IMG/VR virus record: IMGVR_UViG_3300034061_000562
Location: 1 to 36,229 of that record
DNA: 36,229 nt
Direction: 5' to 3' (one strand)
Source of the DNA: a virus
Taxonomy: Duplodnaviria > Caudoviricetes
The notes under the pieces: model-generated
What the model was told of the DNA's origin: nothing
The model's database searches: none
Seen by the model: only the letters and a program-made list of their open reading frames with translations
Translations under genes and position numbers: made by a program
In this document: positions 1 to 8,991 of the stretch, one piece after another
Layout: every line of letters begins with the position of its first letter
How positions within the stretch are numbered: the first letter of the stretch is position 1

Positions 1-279
1 AGGATAGGTACAGAATACGTTTTTAGTACCTGCGCTAAACGATACAGCAGAGCCTGTAGACGATGCAATAACTGTAGTCCTAGCCAATGTACCGGCAGCA
101 ACAGTTCCTAGTCCTACCTCCCACTCTGAACCGCCTACGATAGCGTAGTAAGTTGTATTACCGTTACCTATTGCAGAGGAAAATGTTTGAAAGCCACTAA
201 CAGCACCGGCAAGTGTAAGAGTGCCAGTACCAGTAGTGGTAGATGTTTCCTGTACCCTATCCTTGACTATAAGAGGCAT
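1..279 (-). CDS. Tail fibre/virion protein, N-terminal part (runs off left edge; not in ORF track)
   Basis: ATG at 279, open to base 1: MPLIVKDRVQETSTTTGTGTLTLAGAVSGFQTF...WEVGLGT...KNVFCTYP, resembling phage fibre N-termini. Confidence 0.75.
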   Translation of the reverse strand, partial: MPLIVKDRVQETSTTTGTGTLTLAGAVSGFQTFSSAIGNGNTTYYAIVGGSEWEVGLGTVAAGTLARTTVIASSTGSAVSFSAGTKNVFCTYP

Positions 280-288
280 AACTTACCC

Positions 289-675
289 CTAAGATAATGT
301 TACTGAAAGGCTACCTGAAGCGATTTTGAATATATCGCCAGTATCAATTGCTTTAGATACGTCTAATGGAGTGTGGTATAAAAGATTGCCGGATGTTGAT
401 GCATCCATTAAGCCAATCCAACCTACTGTACCCCATGAGGCTGTAGCCTGTGGGAATGTGCAGTCTGCGTTAGATAGACTAGCACCGTTAGATGGTGCAG
501 CAAATGTTACGGATGTACGTGCGTAAGAGCCACCAGATACTTCTGTACCTGTATTAGCATCTGTAGGGTCACTTGTGTAAAGTGCCACGTAGATTGTTGT
601 TGGTGCTGTGTAAGATGTAGCTCGTAGCGTTACATTGATTAGAGCATTTTCTAAATAATTTGAAATTTCGGACAT
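289..675 (-). CDS. Virion structural/tail-associated protein
   Basis: 128 aa, YVALYT..P, EVSGGSYAR motifs typical of phage structural proteins; follows adaptor gene. Confidence 0.65.
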   Translation of the reverse strand: MSEISNYLENALINVTLRATSYTAPTTIYVALYTSDPTDANTGTEVSGGSYARTSVTFAAPSNGASLSNADCTFPQATASWGTVGWIGLMDASTSGNLLYHTPLDVSKAIDTGDIFKIASGSLSVTLS

Positions 676-685
676 AATGTTTCCT

Positions 686-1306
686 TTATCGTGTTGCTAT
701 TGAGATTGAAATAGGTGACCCAGCATATTCGCCTTGGTCATCTGATACGGTTAAAGCAGTTAAACCTCGGTCATACATTGTTGCCCAAGTCTGTAGACGT
801 GAGTCATTCATAAGATAAGGTTCTGCCTCACCCAAAGCACCGTAAAGTAACAGGTCTGGACAGATAGCCATAAACGCATTTGATGGTACTGTGCTGCTCA
901 TGAATACTGGTGCTGCGTAATATAGAAGTTCTATTGTGTAGTTACTGTCTGGTACTGGAGATAATTGAAACTCTTGTGCTAGGACAGTATATTGATGCGG
1001 TAGACCAGAGTCCATAGTGCGAGAGTTACGGAATAATGCGCTAGGTGACTGGTACTCTAATGTTGCAACTGGATTTGTATTTAGGTGTATGTCACGCATC
1101 TGCAAGAAGTCTGACGGTAACTCTACTGTAGAATCGCCTGCTACTGCTGTCGTTGTTACTACCTTTAACATTTGGCGAATACGTAATTCCCTACGTAAAC
1201 GTGTTTCAGCAAGCCTGATAAAGTCAGGAATCATTGCCGTTAAATCGCTACGTGCTAGGTAACTGGCAATCGTAGTCTGTAAATCCGTGTAGTTAGTAAG
1301 ACTCAT
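686..1306 (-). CDS. Head-tail adaptor-like protein
   Basis: 206 aa; IPDFIRLAE, PSDFL, PDLLLYGAL motifs; position after capsid gene. Confidence 0.65.
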   Translation of the reverse strand: MSLTNYTDLQTTIASYLARSDLTAMIPDFIRLAETRLRRELRIRQMLKVVTTTAVAGDSTVELPSDFLQMRDIHLNTNPVATLEYQSPSALFRNSRTMDSGLPHQYTVLAQEFQLSPVPDSNYTIELLYYAAPVFMSSTVPSNAFMAICPDLLLYGALGEAEPYLMNDSRLQTWATMYDRGLTALTVSDDQGEYAGSPISISIATR

Positions 1307-1620
1307 ATTCTACCTGCCCTTGTGCGAAATGCCCTGTTATCAGGGTCGTTTAACCATGCGTTAAATCTTTTCTTGTCTATTACTGCAAAGCCTCGTGTAA
1401 TGCCTTGCTTTTCTAATTCTGCGAAAACTGTGAGCGGTATAGATGCTACCTTGTTGCCGAATGCATCCTCACTCCATCTTTTACGTTCGTCTTGAGCAGC
1501 GTACTCACGCTTATTCATCTCAAGTATGCCAGTTATGTCTTGGCTTTTAGCAATGATTAGCTCATCACCATTATCTATGAATGATGTATCTGTAATGCCG
1601 TTGGATATTATATTGCTCAT
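1303..1620 (-). CDS. Conserved hypothetical head-associated protein
   Basis: 105 aa; VASIP, WLNDPDNRAFRT; GAGG RBS; stop overlaps next ATG. Confidence 0.6.
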   Translation of the reverse strand: MSNIISNGITDTSFIDNGDELIIAKSQDITGILEMNKREYAAQDERKRWSEDAFGNKVASIPLTVFAELEKQGITRGFAVIDKKRFNAWLNDPDNRAFRTRAGRI

Positions 1621-1631
1621 AAGACCTCATA

Positions 1632-1658
1632 ATGGGGGAGAGTTTCCCCTCCCCACAT
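1632..1658 (-). promoter_or_regulatory. GAAA-tetraloop stem-loop after major capsid gene (attenuator or stabiliser)
   Basis: Minus strand GGGGAGGG-GAAA-CUCUCCCC; no strong U tract follows. Confidence 0.55.
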
Positions 1659-1671
1659 ATCTAACTAACTA

Positions 1672-2616
1672 TTAAGTTAAGTCAGCGATAATACCGTGTG
1701 CTGCTTCGTTCTTAACTTCTAATGTGTACTCTACCAATAGTTGAGTTACATCAGCATCGCCAGTTTTGGCTAGCTCATTAGTTTGGAATGGACGTAAGTA
1801 AGCTACTGAAGCCATTTCTGGGTCTAGTAAGAATGCTACGTCATCATTGTCTGAGTTAGGAATAAAACGGTTAGGCACGATAGAGATAGTACCAAAGTCA
1901 GAAACATACACGTCAGCAGCACCGATGATAGATGCTTGAACATTGCTAGGTACGTCTTTATAACGTGTAGCGATACCGGCAAATGTAGATGCAACTACTT
2001 TTTGAGCTGGAGTTACCATCAAGATTGTTGGTGAACCACCGCTTACGTAAGCAGCTTGGATAACTGTGTTTAAGATAGTTGCTGTGAAAGCACGGTCTGT
2101 ACCAGTAGTACGTGCAGTAGTACCAGAAGCACCAGCAGAACCACCAGAACCGTTAGAAGTGTTTGAAGCTAACCATGTTTGTAGACCACCCAAAGTACGA
2201 GCAGTTGTAGCATCACCAGCAGCAGCAACTTGGTTGCTTAATAAGATAGCTTCCATGTCACGTTTGATTTCGGCAGAAGCCTTAGCCAATTGGTATGCTT
2301 TCTCAGATTTACGACCAGCTTTGTTAACTGTTTCCAAAGTACCAGAAACTTTAACAGTTTTAGCAGAGATTTGAGTACGGTTACCAATACGAGTAGTAGG
2401 TGACAATGTTGCATCAGATGCAGCAGCACCCTCAACTACAGCGTTAGAAGTGTTAACAGCAGCCAAGCTGTCTTTTTGCCACTCGTGGTATACGGCAGTA
2501 GCAGAAGTCTTACCAACAGATGTCATGAATGGAGTATCTGTAGGAGAGATGTTGTAGATTACATTAGCCAAGTCTTCACGTTGACCAATGGCGGTATAGG
2601 TTTGATATGTTGCCAT
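1672..2616 (-). CDS. Major capsid protein (DUF5309/SU10-like)
   Basis: 314 aa; GQREDL, ISPTDTPF, HEWQKD, NRTQI, EIKRDME, SDFG, LAKTGD, EYTLEVKN; AAGGA RBS; follows scaffold. Confidence 0.9.
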   Translation of the reverse strand: MATYQTYTAIGQREDLANVIYNISPTDTPFMTSVGKTSATAVYHEWQKDSLAAVNTSNAVVEGAAASDATLSPTTRIGNRTQISAKTVKVSGTLETVNKAGRKSEKAYQLAKASAEIKRDMEAILLSNQVAAAGDATTARTLGGLQTWLASNTSNGSGGSAGASGTTARTTGTDRAFTATILNTVIQAAYVSGGSPTILMVTPAQKVVASTFAGIATRYKDVPSNVQASIIGAADVYVSDFGTISIVPNRFIPNSDNDDVAFLLDPEMASVAYLRPFQTNELAKTGDADVTQLLVEYTLEVKNEAAHGIIADLT

Positions 2617-2625
2617 GATAATTCC

Positions 2626-3594
2626 TTAAATAAAGTTTTCAAAAGCAGAAACCGCATCACGGATTTTGCCTGTTTTTTGTAGTTGAGCCATAGCCTTCTT
2701 ATGCTGGTCAGTATTTGTTGCTGTATTACTGTTACCAGACTTAATAGTCTTAGGCGGTTCACTAACCCTCTTGTTTAGTTGAGGCTTAGATTGTTGTAAT
2801 TTATCGTACTGCATTGCCTTATACAATGCCATAACGTGCCGAGCATCACGTACTGCTGATAACTCTTGGTCTGAGAATCCTAAGTTCTTTGCGAATGAAC
2901 GCAAATCTGACCTTAGTGCCTCTCCCTTAACTGGGTCGCTATATTCCGGTAGTGATTCAGATAGTACAGCAGCTTGTTGAGATAAGTATTTTTGCACCTC
3001 TTGCTGTTGCTCTGCTTGTTGCATCTCTGCAATGCGTTGTCTTTCAGCTTGAACTGCGTATAACTTCTCTTTATTCTGCGACATCTCTGCCACTCGTACA
3101 GCGTAACCAATAGGGTCGGACTCTTTTAAGTAGTCCAAGTCTTCCTGTGGCTGTTGAGCATTAAGTAACTGCTCCATTGCCTGCAACCGTTCTGCATAAG
3201 CATCGCGCATATATTTGGCTTCTTCAATAGCTTTTTGTTCAGCCTCTACTGCTTTGCGTTGCTCTGCTACTTGTTGCGTCTTTTTGGTGTAATCTGCACC
3301 TTGTTGCGCTAGTGATTTTAGTTCAGTTAAGGTTAGTTCTTTATCCTCGCCACCGACTTTAACTTGAAACCGTTGTTCGTCTTGGTCTGGTTCAGACTCC
3401 TCTGAGCTATTATCTTCTTGCTCAACTTCTTGCTCGTTACCACCTTCATCATTCTCTTGTTCTGGTTGTGCTTCTGCTTGCCCTTCTTCGGGTGCATCTT
3501 CACCGCCCATTAAACCTAAGAATGCGTTTGTTGCTTCATTGATAGTGCCATTACTTTGTGTGTCACTCCCGTTAGGGTTGGTGTCGGTAGTCAT
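2626..3594 (-). CDS. Capsid scaffolding protein
   Basis: 322 aa; acidic N-terminus, VKVGGE..ADYTKKTQ, coiled coil; between portal and capsid genes. Confidence 0.85.
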   Translation of the reverse strand: MTTDTNPNGSDTQSNGTINEATNAFLGLMGGEDAPEEGQAEAQPEQENDEGGNEQEVEQEDNSSEESEPDQDEQRFQVKVGGEDKELTLTELKSLAQQGADYTKKTQQVAEQRKAVEAEQKAIEEAKYMRDAYAERLQAMEQLLNAQQPQEDLDYLKESDPIGYAVRVAEMSQNKEKLYAVQAERQRIAEMQQAEQQQEVQKYLSQQAAVLSESLPEYSDPVKGEALRSDLRSFAKNLGFSDQELSAVRDARHVMALYKAMQYDKLQQSKPQLNKRVSEPPKTIKSGNSNTATNTDQHKKAMAQLQKTGKIRDAVSAFENFI

Positions 3595-3638
3595 TTAAAT
3601 CTCCAAATGCTAGTGCGCCTAGCCACGTTTTATAGATA

Positions 3639-3869
3639 CTATAAAATCTTCCAGCGTTTGGCATTAATCTTGCGGTCATCTGCCATGCCAACTATATGTG
3701 CCATTACTTCACGGATGGCTGTTAGCTTTGTGTAAGCATCTTGTCGCTCATCGTAATCGTAAAGCGGTGAATTAGCCCACCGTAGCATTTGTAAATCTTC
3801 CATCTCTTTAAATACATCCAAGAAGTTTTGGTCTTGGAGCATATTGTTTGCCCACTCTGATTTGGTCAT
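3639..3869 (-). CDS. Small hypothetical protein between portal and scaffold
   Basis: 76 aa, abuts portal stop codon. Confidence 0.6.
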   Translation of the reverse strand: MTKSEWANNMLQDQNFLDVFKEMEDLQMLRWANSPLYDYDERQDAYTKLTAIREVMAHIVGMADDRKINAKRWKIL

Positions 3870-6020
3870 TTATACACCATAGGTTGTGTTAATATCAAAG
3901 TTTTCTTCCATATCTTGTGGTTCAGCCTTTATACCACCTTTTACCATTTCATTCAAGCTAGTGATGGCTGACATAATAGCGTTAAGCTGTTCTGTCTGTA
4001 GTTTACCGTCTGTTGCCTGTGTTTTTAGCTCAAGCTCCATCTGTTTCAATTGAAGCTCGGCTTCCTTGATACGGTAGTCACCTTCCATTTGCATTTGTTT
4101 CTGTTGCATCTCTAGTTCTTTACGAGCGTTATCTACCTGCATTTGCTCACGGTCTAGTTGCAACTTAGCTTGGTTAGTTTGTGCAGTAAGTTGAGCCTTG
4201 TCTGCTTCTACTTTGGCATATAACTGTGCTGCTTCAGACGTTGGGTCAGCAGGTGGCTGTGATGCTGCCTGCATTATTTGCTGTTCAACCTCTGGTGTAA
4301 TGTCATTAATGAATGATGTGGTGTCTTTAAAGCCAGCCATCTCAATCATGCGACCAAGAGTGCTGCGATATTGCGTTACAGTCACCAATGGGTTGTTAGC
4401 ACCGTACTTGCCGATGATTTCTTCCTGTTTAGACATAATCATTTGCAACATAGCAATCTGCTCTTGACGGTTACCGTTACCCAAGCCTACGTTGATTGAT
4501 ACATCGTATAGGTCAGACCATTCACGTGGGTCATAAGATACCCATTTGCCACGCATACGGATTGTCTTGGCTTGGTTTTGGTATTTGCATAGTAGGTGCA
4601 AGATGCCACGGAATAATGATTTAACACCTGTTTCAGCAAAGATACGAGCCATTAGCTCTAGCTTACCTGCTGACTGTTGCATCATGGCTGCCACGGCTGT
4701 TGCTGTAGTGTTCTGAAGCACGTTAGCATCAAGACCTTGCTGTAGGTCACTAACACCTGTACGTTTAGCCTGTACACCGTCTAAGTATTCCATCATCGGG
4801 AATGATTGACCGGCTGTGTTCTGTACGTTTAGTTGTGTAACTGCTGCGTTATTCTTAACACGAACAACACCACCGGCAGTAGACGTTAGTAAGTCATCTA
4901 GGTTTACTTGACCCTCTACGGCTGTAACACGGGCATTGTTTGTTAGGTACAAGTTGTCTAGCATCTGACGTAGGATAGTAGACTTTGTTAGTTGCAAGTC
5001 CATTGTCCTATCGGCTAGTGATTGACCAAAGAACTTATGTGGAATAGGAATCGGGCATACAGAGTGGAATGGCACGTAGTCGCATTCTTCATTAGACAGT
5101 ATTGTTTCACCGCCTAGGATAACCCTGCGTAGCTCTAGTAAGCCGTTATCGTTAGTATCTACCTTGATGTAGCACTCAAATATCTCAACTTCTTCCATTG
5201 ATAGGTCGCTGGACTGTGTATAGTCTGGCAACTCATCACGACCAAAACGAGCTAAACGCTCTGGTGCGTACTCTAAACGGTCGTTAGCTGGGATTGTGTC
5301 TACGATAGACTTCTCGTAACCCATAGCAATCAAGTCACCACGAGCAATCATTCTACGGTGTGCTGTGAATGGTGAGTCTTCAATGGTCTTAGCACGTTTG
5401 CTGATTAAGAACTCCTCTGGTGGGACATTCTCAATAGCGATACGGCTCTCATCGTTTATCTTTTGTATTGTAATGTTATGCGTATTGTAAGGCATACCAT
5501 CCATGCCAATGACTAATTCAGTCACTTGCTTGGTGATTTCCCACTCGCCAGTCTGCATAATCATGGCTAACTCGTCATCGGTTAAGCCTTTATACTTCTC
5601 TTTGATGGTGTCTTTCTTTTCTTCCCAGTAGGCTTTAACGACCCCAACCTTCTGAAGCAAGGCATCCTTGAACCAGTTGTGTAGGATTAAGAAACCATCG
5701 TTGTCTTTATAGAATACCCAGTTAGCCATGTCACTAGCTTGGTCTGCGAGTTCTTCTTCACCGTTTTTAGTAGGCTCAAAACGCACAGCATCTTCGCATG
5801 ACGTGAATACACGGATTAGTTGAGGTAATGCACCGTCTACGGCTTCAGCTACCTCACCGGTAACCACTTGGCTGCGACCTTCTACCTCAGTACCGTACTT
5901 GTCACGGAAGTAGTAGCTCATCGCATCAGCACGAGCTTGAACCGTATCTGACTCTAAGTAGCCAATAGCGTTATTGATTTCATCAGCAACAAGTGCCTTT
6001 AATTCTTCTTGGTTCATCAT
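3870..6020 (-). CDS. Portal protein (P22-like, C-terminal coiled coil)
   Basis: About 716 aa; FKDALLQKVGVVK, ENVPPEEF, P.PHKFFG, Q-rich helical tail; start set at ATG 6020 overlapping the TerL stop. Confidence 0.9.
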   Translation of the reverse strand: MMNQEELKALVADEINNAIGYLESDTVQARADAMSYYFRDKYGTEVEGRSQVVTGEVAEAVDGALPQLIRVFTSCEDAVRFEPTKNGEEELADQASDMANWVFYKDNDGFLILHNWFKDALLQKVGVVKAYWEEKKDTIKEKYKGLTDDELAMIMQTGEWEITKQVTELVIGMDGMPYNTHNITIQKINDESRIAIENVPPEEFLISKRAKTIEDSPFTAHRRMIARGDLIAMGYEKSIVDTIPANDRLEYAPERLARFGRDELPDYTQSSDLSMEEVEIFECYIKVDTNDNGLLELRRVILGGETILSNEECDYVPFHSVCPIPIPHKFFGQSLADRTMDLQLTKSTILRQMLDNLYLTNNARVTAVEGQVNLDDLLTSTAGGVVRVKNNAAVTQLNVQNTAGQSFPMMEYLDGVQAKRTGVSDLQQGLDANVLQNTTATAVAAMMQQSAGKLELMARIFAETGVKSLFRGILHLLCKYQNQAKTIRMRGKWVSYDPREWSDLYDVSINVGLGNGNRQEQIAMLQMIMSKQEEIIGKYGANNPLVTVTQYRSTLGRMIEMAGFKDTTSFINDITPEVEQQIMQAASQPPADPTSEAAQLYAKVEADKAQLTAQTNQAKLQLDREQMQVDNARKELEMQQKQMQMEGDYRIKEAELQLKQMELELKTQATDGKLQTEQLNAIMSAITSLNEMVKGGIKAEPQDMEENFDINTTYGV

Positions 6021-7285
6021 ACGACCCATGCCTTATTTTGTTGTAATGGTTTAGACCATGTTGTATCTACTTCTACTAACCCTATTGCTAAGTACCTAAA
6101 CGAGTCTGCAAAGTGTGATGACCAATCATGTACTGGCTTATCATAAAACACGTTCTGCTTCTCGTTAAACTCACGTCTATAGTTACGCAATGCTACTAGA
6201 CCGTTCTTTGTGTGTTCCATATCAAACCAGCATCGTGGCAGCATACGTCTAACTGCTTGAATGCCATCTGCTATAGATAGGCTTGGTGCTACTGTTACGT
6301 CTAGTCCAGCTTCCATTAAGACTTCTAAACGACTACGACCTGTGGTCATCTCTCTGACTCTTACATCGTGCGGAAGAATCTGCTGACCTTTATCGTAACC
6401 GTTGTCACGTAACCAGCTCACATAATAATCTAGTCCGACTCCGTGGTTCTCAGTACAGTCTACTAGTTGTATCTCTTTGCCGACTATCTGAGCCACCCAG
6501 ATACAAGTTGAATCACTTACACCTAAGTCCCAGCTACATACAAGTTTAGCTAGACCGTCTTTAGGAACTTTAGTTACTCTGTTCTCGTTGTCGGCATCCA
6601 TTAGCAATTTGCCAAAATAACTACCCTCCACCGGAGCATCAAAACTGCACTCAAATTCTTGGCGGTATTTATCATCGCCCATCTCATTACGTGCGCTTGC
6701 TAACTCTGACGGGTCTATAATGTTTGTTTCACTAGCCCTAAACTCTAAGAACTTCCAACCCTCGGTTACCTGCGCTCTTTGCTTAAACTCAAGGAAATGG
6801 TTAGCTCCTTTCGGAGTCCCGATAAATAGACAGAACCCTTTGCGGTCTGCTAGTGCCGGTCTTACTATACTATTCCAGATTTTTGGGTCTTGGTCACCTA
6901 TTTCGTCTAGGACTACACCATCAAAGTATTGTCCCCGTAAACTGTCCCCATTCTCACTACCGTATAGGCTTATCCTTCTGCCCAGAAAGTCCACTCTTAG
7001 CTCTGCGATGTTTGCAGTACCACCAAGTGAGCGAGTATATTCTACTAGGTAATCCCATGCGACCCTTTTAGCCTGTGAATAAGTCGGTGCTATATAAGCG
7101 TACCGTGGGTTCTTTTGTTTGTTCTGTAATGCAGAATGGATAAGCTGCAAAATTGCAGACACCGTTTTTCCCATTCGCCTATGAGCGCAAGCTACTACAA
7201 AACGATTCTCTTTTACTGCTTTATGTATCTCTTTCTGTGGTAACCGAGGCTTATAGCCTAAGTCAATTGGGTTAGTAGTTGTCAT
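6017..7285 (-). CDS. terL: Terminase large subunit
   Basis: Walker A HRRMGKT, Walker B VVLDE, GTPKG coupling motif, nuclease WDLG...HFADSFRY. Confidence 0.95.
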   Translation of the reverse strand: MTTTNPIDLGYKPRLPQKEIHKAVKENRFVVACAHRRMGKTVSAILQLIHSALQNKQKNPRYAYIAPTYSQAKRVAWDYLVEYTRSLGGTANIAELRVDFLGRRISLYGSENGDSLRGQYFDGVVLDEIGDQDPKIWNSIVRPALADRKGFCLFIGTPKGANHFLEFKQRAQVTEGWKFLEFRASETNIIDPSELASARNEMGDDKYRQEFECSFDAPVEGSYFGKLLMDADNENRVTKVPKDGLAKLVCSWDLGVSDSTCIWVAQIVGKEIQLVDCTENHGVGLDYYVSWLRDNGYDKGQQILPHDVRVREMTTGRSRLEVLMEAGLDVTVAPSLSIADGIQAVRRMLPRCWFDMEHTKNGLVALRNYRREFNEKQNVFYDKPVHDWSSHFADSFRYLAIGLVEVDTTWSKPLQQNKAWVV

Positions 7286-7574
7286 CTATACCCGTTACCA
7301 CTTGTATCACCAATGGTGCATCAGCATCACCAGTTACTTTGTTCTCTTGCATTGCCTTACCATCTAATCTATCGCCTATCTCTTTGATAGCATTCATATC
7401 GCCATCGGCTGCTTTTTCGTATAAAGCATTAGCAATAGTATGTAATCGCCTGTAATCTTCTTGGACTGCGAGTTTTCTAATTAAATCTCCCCATATCCTA
7501 TTGTTTTTACTAGCGTTCGTATGACCTAGTGGCGCACCTGCACCTTTGGGGTTTGTTTCTGTAATTTCTGCCAT
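7272..7574 (-). CDS. terS: Terminase small subunit (putative)
   Basis: 100 aa directly upstream of and overlapping terL; GAPLGHTNA, GDMNAIKEIGDRLDGK; AAGGAG RBS. Confidence 0.75.
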   Translation of the reverse strand: MAEITETNPKGAGAPLGHTNASKNNRIWGDLIRKLAVQEDYRRLHTIANALYEKAADGDMNAIKEIGDRLDGKAMQENKVTGDADAPLVIQVVTGIDDNY

Positions 7575-7616
7575 TTTGTTGTGACTCCTTATAGGTTGGT
7601 CACCCTGTTGTTAAAA

Positions 7617-8021
7617 TTATTTCATGCCACTAGCATTGTAAAAAGGCGATTGACCTTGTGATTGCATTAAATCTCTGTATGCTGCTGCTTTCTTAGCAAT
7701 AGATGGAGTTATTATCCCTTTTGCTATTGATAGTCTTTCGTACTCGTCTAGCGTAGGAACTACTGTTGGGAAGTCACCTTTCTCATCGCCTATAGAATAC
7801 TCTGTAACGTCACTACCCTTTAACTTACCTTGACCAGTAAGCAATCCTAGCCAACCAGTAGACTTAGGCATCATCTCGCCACCATACCCAGTTACGTTGC
7901 CTTTCTTGTCATATAATTCGTATGACCTTAGACCATAAGGACTAGGATAGTTTAAAGCATTTAACCCACCTTGTTGAGATGGGTTGCTAAATAATAATCC
8001 TAGTATCTGACTATAGTCCAT
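7617..8021 (-). CDS. Hypothetical protein
   Basis: 134 aa, tightly packed in operon; TEYSIG, PTVVPTL. Confidence 0.55.
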   Translation of the reverse strand: MDYSQILGLLFSNPSQQGGLNALNYPSPYGLRSYELYDKKGNVTGYGGEMMPKSTGWLGLLTGQGKLKGSDVTEYSIGDEKGDFPTVVPTLDEYERLSIAKGIITPSIAKKAAAYRDLMQSQGQSPFYNASGMK

Positions 8022-8024
8022 AAT

Positions 8025-8105
8025 CTACCAATGATGTATTGCGTTTATAACAAGTGTAATGTTAGCGATTACAGCTAATAGAATAATAAACCAATGGTCA
8101 TTCAT
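8025..8105 (-). CDS. 26-aa hydrophobic peptide (not in ORF track)
   Basis: MNDHWFIILLAVIANITLVINAIHHW; TAATG overlap with upstream stop; fills the gap. Confidence 0.5.
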   Translation of the reverse strand: MNDHWFIILLAVIANITLVINAIHHW

Positions 8106-8260
8106 TACTTACCTTTGACTTTAGCAGCCTCAGATAGTGCTATGGCAATCGCTTGCTTACGTGATTTGACAACTTTGCCACCTTTACCAGAATAAAGGTC
8201 TTTGTCTTTATACTCGCCCATAACTTTACCAATCTTTTCTGCTGCTTTATCTAATCGCAT
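8105..8260 (-). CDS. DUF6496-like small basic protein (not in ORF track)
   Basis: MRLDKAAEKIGKVMGEYKDKDLYSGKGGKVVKSRKQAIAIALSEAAKVKGK; the SRKQAIAIALSEA motif is recognisable. Confidence 0.75.
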   Translation of the reverse strand: MRLDKAAEKIGKVMGEYKDKDLYSGKGGKVVKSRKQAIAIALSEAAKVKGK

Positions 8261-8262
8261 AA

Positions 8263-8637
8263 TTAATCTTCGGTTTCAAAGTCTTTACGTTCCCATACAG
8301 AGCATAGACGGGAGTTATGGCAAATCAAATCTAGCTTATGACACCAGCCACGTTGAGCTTGACCATCATACAGGTCGTACTTGTTTAGTGGGATGGCTTC
8401 CATAGCCTCAAACATTTCGGGAGTGTTGTCGTAGTATTCGCAGTTACCGCATCGTTGACGCTTGACTTCTGCTGGTGTGATTCGGAACATCTTAGCCATC
8501 TTTGCCCAGTACTCAGTATTAGGCAAACTTGGGTTCATTGCTCCTAGAGAATAGTTATCAATGGCATTCTTGGTGTTGTCAGCAATCTCTTTGGCTGTGC
8601 CAATAGTAGTTTTTGTGTCTAACAAACCTCTTGCCAT
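8263..8637 (-). CDS. Cys-containing hypothetical protein (HiPIP-like Cys spacing)
   Basis: 124 aa; CGNCEYY...GWC...C....CSVW; AAGGG RBS. Confidence 0.6.
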   Translation of the reverse strand: MARGLLDTKTTIGTAKEIADNTKNAIDNYSLGAMNPSLPNTEYWAKMAKMFRITPAEVKRQRCGNCEYYDNTPEMFEAMEAIPLNKYDLYDGQAQRGWCHKLDLICHNSRLCSVWERKDFETED

Positions 8638-8919
8638 AGTTATTCCCTTAAAAAGTAGGAGGTTCTCGCAACTGGACTACCTCGGAGTCCACCCTATCAC
8701 GTCTGAGGGGCTGTGATTGCTTTCTAGCGATGTACAGTCGCTGGAATAAAAGAGTAATGCAGACTCGCACTACTATAAATCGTTACGTGACTTTACCATA
8801 CTAATCAATCGTGGTCAATATATCACTTTTAATGGTTTTAACTATGGTAACGTGTCTAAAAAAGAGCATAATTCGTACATATACACAATGACGTGTACAT
8901 AAAACAAAGGAATCTAATC

Positions 8920-8991
8920 ATGTGGACATCACCAGCAGCTACTGAAATGCGTTTTGGCTTTGAAGTAACTATGTACGTAATGAACAAATAG
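8920..8991 (+). CDS. pqqA: Pyrroloquinoline quinone precursor peptide PqqA (not in ORF track)
   Basis: MWTSPAATEMRFGFEVTMYVMNK*, 23 aa; MW..P start, GFEVTMY core with the E-x3-Y pair; AAAGGA RBS at 8906-8911. Confidence 0.95.
   Translation: MWTSPAATEMRFGFEVTMYVMNK

Noticed and set aside
8640-8910. tRNA, known ribozyme or CRISPR in the intergenic gap
   Set aside because: No cloverleaf/T-loop, hammerhead core or repeat-spacer pattern recognised
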